64,000 bases of DNA, from the NCBI GenBank assembly GCA_035285865.1, contig JAYKHS010000030.1, positions 32,001 to 96,000 on the forward strand, written 5' to 3'. The stretch is from Candidatus Sericytochromatia bacterium (GTDB lineage Bacteria; Cyanobacteriota; Sericytochromatia; S15B-MN24; VGJW01). Each line of letters begins with the position of its first letter. Position 1 is the first letter of the stretch. The notes beneath the pieces were generated by a model that saw only the letters and a program-made list of their open reading frames with translations, was not told the origin of the DNA and searched no databases. Positions 58,314-64,000 of the stretch are shown piece by piece. A program made the translations under genes and the position numbers.

Positions 58314-59806
58314 GCCGAAACGGGCAGGCCCTGCTCGAGGGCCTCGACGAGCAGGCGAATGCCCACCCCCACGCCACCCTGGGTCAGGTATCCCTTCGGT
58401 TCGTCGGCCCACGCCGTGCCGGCGATGTCCAGATGGACCCACGGAGTCGGATGGACGAAGGCCTTGAGCATCGCGGCAGCCGAGATGCCGTCGCTGTGGC
58501 CCCGCGCGCCGGCGTTCTTGAGGTCGGCAATCTCGCTCTTGACGATCTCCTCGTGTTCCGGCCACAGGGGCATCGGCCAGCAGCGCTCCCCGACGCGTTC
58601 CCCGGCCTGTCGCACGGCTTCTCCGAGCTTCTCGTCGTTCGTGAAGAGTCCGGTGGCCTGTGTGCCGAGCGCCACCCACACCGAACCGGTCAGCGTGGCG
58701 AGATCGATCACGGCCCGGGGCTTGAAGCGCGAGACCACGTAGGACAAGGCATCGGCCAGCACCAGGCGACCCTCGGCATCGGTGTCGATGACCTCGATGG
58801 TCTTGCCATTGTGCGCGCGCAGGATATCTCCGGGTTTCAAGGCGGCGGCACCCGGCATGTTGTCCGTCGCGGCCACGATGGCGACGATGCGACCGGGCAG
58901 GTTCAGGTCGGCGGCGAGGCGGATCGCGCCGAGCACGGCAGCACCGCCTGACATGTCGTCCTTCATCTGGCCCATGTTCTCGCGCCCCTTCAGGCACAAG
59001 CCCCCGGTGTCGAAGGTGATTCCCTTGCCGACGAGGGCAACGGGTGCGGTCTCGGTGGTGGCCGGACCCTCGTGGGTCACGATGATCATCCGAGGGGGAC
59101 CCTCGCTGCCCGCGTTGACGCCAAGGAGACAACCGCATCCCAGCGCCTCGAGGGCGGCCTTGTCGAGAATCTCGGCCTTCAGCGAGGGGCGTGTGCGCGT
59201 CATCTCGACCGCGGCCTCGGCAAAGGTCTCGGCCGTCAGGACATTGCCAGGTTCATTGATGCGGGTCCGCGCCCAGTGGACGGCGTCGGCAAGCGCGCGC
59301 GCCCGAGCGAGGCGCGGGGCTGCTTCGGCTGCCAGGGCGTCAGGCACGGCAACGGCAACATTGTCGAGCACCTTGCGATCGGCGAGGTCTTCGGTCCGGA
59401 AGACGTCGTGGGTGTAGGCACCCATCAGAGCGCCTTCGAGCGTCCATGCGGCCGCATCGAGCCAACCGAGCGGTTCCGGAGCACCGAGCGGGGAGAAGAG
59501 CACCCTGCGCGCACCCGTCTCGCGCGCGGCGCGAACGGCGTCTCCGGCAGCGTGCCGGATCCGTTCCGCATCGAGCTCCTCACGCTTGCCGAGGCCGATG
59601 GCCAGCACGCGAGCCACGGGGCCCGAGGTCGGGTAGAGCAAGGTCGACGATCCTTCCTTGCCGGTGAAATCGCCAAGTGCCCAGACACGCGCCAACTGGG
59701 CCGACCAAGGATCTTCGCCGTCCGGCGAGGGGCCGGCACCTTCGGCATAGCCGACGATCAGCAGGTCGTCGACCGTGCCGGGATTTTCGTGCAAAGATGA
59801 CGTCAT
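58310..59806 (-). CDS. pepA: Leucyl aminopeptidase (M17)
   Basis: VGKGITFDTGG, MKDDMSG, DTDAEGRL, DLATLTG, HLDIAG. Confidence 0.96.
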   Translation of the reverse strand: MTSSLHENPGTVDDLLIVGYAEGAGPSPDGEDPWSAQLARVWALGDFTGKEGSSTLLYPTSGPVARVLAIGLGKREELDAERIRHAAGDAVRAARETGARRVLFSPLGAPEPLGWLDAAAWTLEGALMGAYTHDVFRTEDLADRKVLDNVAVAVPDALAAEAAPRLARARALADAVHWARTRINEPGNVLTAETFAEAAVEMTRTRPSLKAEILDKAALEALGCGCLLGVNAGSEGPPRMIIVTHEGPATTETAPVALVGKGITFDTGGLCLKGRENMGQMKDDMSGGAAVLGAIRLAADLNLPGRIVAIVAATDNMPGAAALKPGDILRAHNGKTIEVIDTDAEGRLVLADALSYVVSRFKPRAVIDLATLTGSVWVALGTQATGLFTNDEKLGEAVRQAGERVGERCWPMPLWPEHEEIVKSEIADLKNAGARGHSDGISAAAMLKAFVHPTPWVHLDIAGTAWADEPKGYLTQGGVGVGIRLLVEALEQGLPVSA

Positions 59807-59902
59807 GAATCTTGGGGTCCGGATCGGAGTGAGCGGCCGAGCCGCCGCTTCGCTGGGCATCCAGCATAGCACGGCCGCCGGGACCGAATCCCTGCCTTCG
59901 TC

Positions 59903-61891
59903 ATGCCGTCGTCCTGCCTGAACGCACGATGTAGTGCCCCCCTGCCTCAGGGGAGCGTTCGCTGTCCGCGATGCGAACTGCCTGCGCCAGGTGCGCTGCT
60001 CGGTGGGGGAGTCCGCATCGAGGCGTCCGGACGAGCTCGGCCGGGTGGGGTCATCATGGAGGGTCGAATCGAGGCCACGGGTGAACCGGTCCGGGTCCGC
60101 CTGATGCTGCCCGGAAAGGGCGCTGCGCGGGATCGGGCCCTTGGGATGATGCGTGCGATGGCTCAGGGCAACTTGTCCGGATTCACGCCGGTCCGCGCGG
60201 CCGATCCGGACGATGCGTGGCCATGGGTTGCCGAATCCTTGCCCCCGGGAGCGTCAATCGGGCGTGGGGGCAGGGTCTTCTCGCCCGAGGAGGTGCGTGG
60301 CTTGTTGCGCCGGGCCGCCGAGCTGCTGGCGCCATTGCATGGCCGCGGTTTCGTGCATCTCGAGGTCCGGCCCGAGAACTTCTGGTCGCGTTCGGATGCG
60401 GCCCCCGGGCTCTCTGGCCCGGGATGGGAGTGGCTGATGATGGCGCCGCCTGCGGTGCGCGCAACACGCGACCAGCCTTTCGTTCCTCCTGAGGGGTACG
60501 GTAACGACTGGAGCCCCGCGCACGACCTCTTCGCCCTGGGGGTCTGCGCCCTGCAGTGGCTGACGGGCCTGCCGCCGGAAAGTCTGCGGCAGGGGCGCTC
60601 ATTCTCGTGGCGTGCAGCCGTTCGGGAGCCGGGAGAGGTCGGTGTCATCATCGACCGATTGATTCATGCCGACCCGGACATGCGCGTCGCATCCATCGCG
60701 GTCTTGCGTGAACTGCTTGATGCTCGCCCCAAGCCGGAAAGTCCGGAGGAGACCACGGGCGATGGGGCGCGCAAGGACCCCGAGCGTCCGGCATGGTTGG
60801 CCTTGCTGGGCCTCTTGCCCGTAGCGCTGCGGTTCTGGCCCCTGGCGTCCGGAACCGGGTGGGCGTGGCCCGGGCTGAAGATCCTCGTCGCGCTCGGCTT
60901 GCTGGGGGGCGGGGCTACAGTGGCCTGGCAGCGCCTGGTGCCTGCTGCGCCGGCACTGCTGCCTGCCCCGGCTCGAGGCGGTAATCCGGGAGTCGGTCTC
61001 TTCGATCCTCCCCCGTGGCATGCCATGGGTCGCCTGTTGGCCGATCGCATGTCCGGAGCGACCGGGTCCAACCCATCCGCGAGACCGGACTTCGCCGCGG
61101 GGGGCACCCCGGCGTCGGGTTCCGAGGCGATGGCGGGTGTCGGTGGGACTCCGGGTGACGGTCACCCAGGCCAGCTTGCGGGTGCATCAGGTTCCTCATT
61201 GTTTCAAGTGCCGCGCGCCGGGGAGCCTGTTGATCCGGCTTCGACAGGGCGACTCCCGGAAGGCGGGCAGGGTGTCGGGGATCCGAAGGTTCAAGGGGCT
61301 CCCCCGACGGCGGGCGGTGCAGGCGAAGGGCGGGCGGCCGGGGCACGCGCGGATGGTCTTCCTGCGGGTGTCGCCGGCGATCGTCCGCGTGCACCCGCTG
61401 CCGCAGGCAAGCCCGAAGGTTTGCCGGATGACGCTCGGGTTTCGGGTGTGGCACCTTATGACGAAGTGGCCGAACCCGGACAGAATCCGGACGATGCTTC
61501 GGGGCTCGTGCCCGGTACACCGTGGTTCGTTCGGGTCAACAAGACTTACCGCACACTGACGGTCTACCGGGACGGGCGATTCCTTGCCCAATACCCCGTG
61601 ACCATCGGCCAGGGGGCCAGCACACCGGAGGGCCGATTCGTCATTCGCAACAAGGTACAGGCACCGCCCTTCGGCAAGATTGCCGGTGGCGACCCGCGCA
61701 ATCCGTTCGGGACACATTGGTTGGGGCTTGACGTGGCCTATCCCGGGGGCAAGGGAATCGGCTTGCATGGCACCAACCGCCCTGAGGAACTTGGCTTCGG
61801 GACCTCGGGCGGGTGCATTCGTCTGCGCAACGAAGACATCGCGGAACTGTATCCGTGGCTGCCCGAGGGCACGCCCGTGGAGATCCAGTGA
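59903..61891 (+). CDS. Zn-ribbon + Hanks-type pseudokinase + TM + linker + YkuD L,D-transpeptidase fusion
   Basis: CLNARC..CPRC; HLEVRPEN, PPE, DLFALG; STPEGRF, NPFGTHWLGL, LHGT...SGGCIRL. Confidence 0.85.
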   Translation: MPSSCLNARCSAPLPQGSVRCPRCELPAPGALLGGGVRIEASGRARPGGVIMEGRIEATGEPVRVRLMLPGKGAARDRALGMMRAMAQGNLSGFTPVRAADPDDAWPWVAESLPPGASIGRGGRVFSPEEVRGLLRRAAELLAPLHGRGFVHLEVRPENFWSRSDAAPGLSGPGWEWLMMAPPAVRATRDQPFVPPEGYGNDWSPAHDLFALGVCALQWLTGLPPESLRQGRSFSWRAAVREPGEVGVIIDRLIHADPDMRVASIAVLRELLDARPKPESPEETTGDGARKDPERPAWLALLGLLPVALRFWPLASGTGWAWPGLKILVALGLLGGGATVAWQRLVPAAPALLPAPARGGNPGVGLFDPPPWHAMGRLLADRMSGATGSNPSARPDFAAGGTPASGSEAMAGVGGTPGDGHPGQLAGASGSSLFQVPRAGEPVDPASTGRLPEGGQGVGDPKVQGAPPTAGGAGEGRAAGARADGLPAGVAGDRPRAPAAAGKPEGLPDDARVSGVAPYDEVAEPGQNPDDASGLVPGTPWFVRVNKTYRTLTVYRDGRFLAQYPVTIGQGASTPEGRFVIRNKVQAPPFGKIAGGDPRNPFGTHWLGLDVAYPGGKGIGLHGTNRPEELGFGTSGGCIRLRNEDIAELYPWLPEGTPVEIQ

Positions 61892-62739
61892 CCCGGCTGG
61901 TCCTGGGACTGTTCCTGGCTGCCACCACGGGAGGCTTCATGGAAGAACCGGACAGGGCCATCCTGAAGCGCAGGGCCTCCGAGGCGGGCAGGCCATCCGG
62001 TCTGGAGCCGGGCGCCTGGCTGGCCAGGGTGGGGATGACGTTTGTCGGTACACCCTACGTGGCCGGCAGGCTGGAGGAAGGCACCGTCGAGCGCCTCGTC
62101 TGCGACCTCGAGGCGCTCGACTGCGTGACGTTCATCGAGGTGACACTGGCCCTGGCGACCTGCCTGTGGCAGGGCGAGACCCCCCTGGATCGGGCCTTCG
62201 CAACGGAACTCGCGCGCTGGCGGTACCGGGCAGGTCGCCCGGAAGGCTGGTCCAGTCGGCTCCATTACTCCTCGACCTGGGCTGCGGTGCACCAGGATCG
62301 GGGCAGGCTCGAGGACGTGACGGGGCAGCTTGGCGGCCGACCGGAGGCGCGTGCGATCCGATTCATGACGGATCATCCGGACAAGTACCCTGCCCTTGCC
62401 GACCCGCTGAACCTTGCGGCCCTGCGCGAAGAGGAGCGTCGCCTCTCCGATCGCGCGGAGCCCTCCTTGCCCGTGCGCGCCCTGCAGCCTTCAGGTTCCG
62501 GATTGAAGGAAGGGGACATCATCCTCGTGCTCTCCGAGCGCCCCGGCCTGGATGTCCAGCATCTCGGCATGGCCGTCCGGCGTGGGCAAGGCTCCCTGGC
62601 CTTCCTGCATGCTCCGAGACCCGGCCGCAAGGTTTCCGTCGCGCCCGGTACGCTTGCCGATTATCTGGCCTCAGGCCGCGACGTCCGGGGTGTCCGCGTG
62701 TTGCGCTGGCAGCCCCCGGCGAGGTCCGGGCAAATATAG
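61888..62739 (+). CDS. DUF1460 / NlpC-P60-superfamily amidase-like protein
   Basis: GTPY, LDCVTFIE, RLHY, EGDII, GLDVQHLG, LHA; GTGA overlap. Confidence 0.85.
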   Translation: MTRLVLGLFLAATTGGFMEEPDRAILKRRASEAGRPSGLEPGAWLARVGMTFVGTPYVAGRLEEGTVERLVCDLEALDCVTFIEVTLALATCLWQGETPLDRAFATELARWRYRAGRPEGWSSRLHYSSTWAAVHQDRGRLEDVTGQLGGRPEARAIRFMTDHPDKYPALADPLNLAALREEERRLSDRAEPSLPVRALQPSGSGLKEGDIILVLSERPGLDVQHLGMAVRRGQGSLAFLHAPRPGRKVSVAPGTLADYLASGRDVRGVRVLRWQPPARSGQI

Positions 62740-62750
62740 GCTGGATTTAA

Positions 62751-62777
62751 CCGAGTTCTCCGGACATGCGGCGATGA
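62751..62777 (+). promoter_or_regulatory. Sigma28-like promoter CCGAGTTC-N11-GGCGATGA
   Basis: Same architecture as element at 20532-20558. Confidence 0.45.
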
Positions 62778-62801
62778 TCAGGTGACAAGGGAGGTGGCTT
62801 C

Positions 62802-63572
62802 ATGCCGCAGGTGTCTCGTCTCGGGGGTGTGCCGGCCTTCCTGCGCGATCTCGCGCAGGCACTTGGTGAGAACGGTCCTGATGCGGCTCCGGGTGCGGCG
62901 GATGCACCCGGGCAGGCTCCCGCCCGCAGACCTCAGGTCCCCGACCGTCCTCCCGCGTTGCCCCCGGTCGTTCGCGATCGCCGTGAAGTCACGGCGGGGC
63001 AGGGGGCCGCGGCCATTCGGGACACTCGTCCCCGAACCGAGCGATTCAAGCTCCAGATCGACTTGGTGGCCAACCGCATCTACGTCATCAACAAGGACAC
63101 CGGCAAGCCCATCGACAAGTTCCTGACGTCGCCGGGAACGGCGGATCACCCGACGGCGGGCGACAGCTTCGCCATCAAGGACATCTACTCCTTGCCGACG
63201 TGGTACCCCCCGAAGTCCAAGTGGGCCGAGGGGCTGAAGCCGGTCGGTCCCGGACCGGACAATCCCCTGGGCCTGCTGGCGCTGGATCTGGGCCAGCATC
63301 ATCAGTTGATCCACGGGGTCGGCAAGTCCAAGTACAAGCTCCTCGGTCAGCCGGCATCCCACGGCTGTCTGCGGATGAGCAACGAGAATGTCCTGCTGCT
63401 CTACAGCAAGTACGCCGCCCGAGGCATGCAGGTGGAGGTCAATCGCGATCCCGAGAAGTCCAACTTGCTCAGGGCGCAGGCTTCGGCTGCCGGGGTACGG
63501 GATCGCAACCTTGCCGACGGGTCCGAGTTCTATGCGGACGCGGTCAAGGGCAAGCTTCCGCCGCTTCAATAG
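62802..63572 (+). CDS. YkuD L,D-transpeptidase, no evident signal peptide
   Basis: PTWYPP, PGPDNPLG, IHG...ASHGCLRM; GGGAGG RBS. Confidence 0.9.
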   Translation: MPQVSRLGGVPAFLRDLAQALGENGPDAAPGAADAPGQAPARRPQVPDRPPALPPVVRDRREVTAGQGAAAIRDTRPRTERFKLQIDLVANRIYVINKDTGKPIDKFLTSPGTADHPTAGDSFAIKDIYSLPTWYPPKSKWAEGLKPVGPGPDNPLGLLALDLGQHHQLIHGVGKSKYKLLGQPASHGCLRMSNENVLLLYSKYAARGMQVEVNRDPEKSNLLRAQASAAGVRDRNLADGSEFYADAVKGKLPPLQ

Positions 63573-63999
63573 TCGGTTTCGGCAAGGCGAAGAGCGCATC
63601 GGTCAGGGCGTCGAGTGCTTCGATGGCCGATGATGCGTATTGGAAGCCCAGCGAGATTCGCAGGGTGCCCGGATAGCCGACGAAGCTGCCCGGCACCACG
63701 AAGATCCCGCGGCTGGCGAATTGCTGGGCAATGGCAACGTCATCACCCAGGGCCGGGCTCTCGACCAGCGTGGACAGGCCTGCATCAGGAACGCGGACGA
63801 GGAAGCCGCGTTCCGCCCACGTGTCGATTTGTGCCGCAAGAATGGAGACCAACTCGTCGGCGAGACGGCGCGAGGTCGCCTCCCAGGCCATCAGTTGCTC
63901 CCAGTGGCGGACGAGCCACCGCGTCGTGGCCCAGGGGAGGCTGTGCGCCAGGTGCTCTTGAGCGTCGTGCAGGCGCCCGAGCATGTCGCTGTCCGTGGT
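63544..63999 (-). CDS. PLP-dependent aminotransferase class I/II, C-terminal part (5' end outside window)
   Basis: GIFVVPGSF...LRISLG; frame open to window end. Confidence 0.65.
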   Translation of the reverse strand, partial: TTDSDMLGRLHDAQEHLAHSLPWATTRWLVRHWEQLMAWEATSRRLADELVSILAAQIDTWAERGFLVRVPDAGLSTLVESPALGDDVAIAQQFASRGIFVVPGSFVGYPGTLRISLGFQYASSAIEALDALTDALFALPKPTIEAAEACP

Positions 64000-64000
64000 G

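Noticed and set aside
63544..63572. 29-bp convergent overlap of LDT and aminotransferase
   Set aside because: Short tail-to-tail overlaps are common in compact high-GC genomes

Overview
High-GC bacterial chromosomal window (roughly two-thirds G+C by eye) of densely packed housekeeping and accessory genes. I found no transposase, integrase, prophage, CRISPR array or rRNA. Left to right: end of an acyl-CoA synthetase/FabG/MFS operon; a six-gene zinc-uptake operon with a Zur-like palindrome; sensor-less chemoreceptor + ppk1; lipoprotein GH13 amylase; mutL + second chemoreceptor; an operon with a J-domain protein and orphan FliJ/FliK-like genes; alr; complete rrf2-sufBCDSU-sufT operon; an ~11.6 kb light-stress island (B12-dependent CarH photoreceptor, hemH, DUF1295, SDR, FAD oxidoreductase, photolyase, biliverdin-reductase-like enzyme, two LolA-like paralogues, CIA30 protein, a beta-barrel) in which five promoters carry 11-bp-phased TnnACA-type repeats; tRNA-Gly and tRNA-Pro; a long minus-strand run (DUF1015, RlmI-like, SppA, RuvX, DUF1292, SPOR, CheW); ftsB-like, tldD/tldE, pepA; and a peptidoglycan-remodelling cluster led by a zinc-ribbon/pseudokinase/TM/L,D-transpeptidase fusion. 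Best leads: the pseudokinase-LDT fusion, the CarH regulon with uncharacterised envelope members and a vertebrate-BVR-A-like enzyme, a helically phased GGTGGA array, and the DnaJ-FliJ-FliK operon. Family calls come from motif recognition by eye, not database searches; many start codons were re-picked by hand from RBS and overlap evidence.
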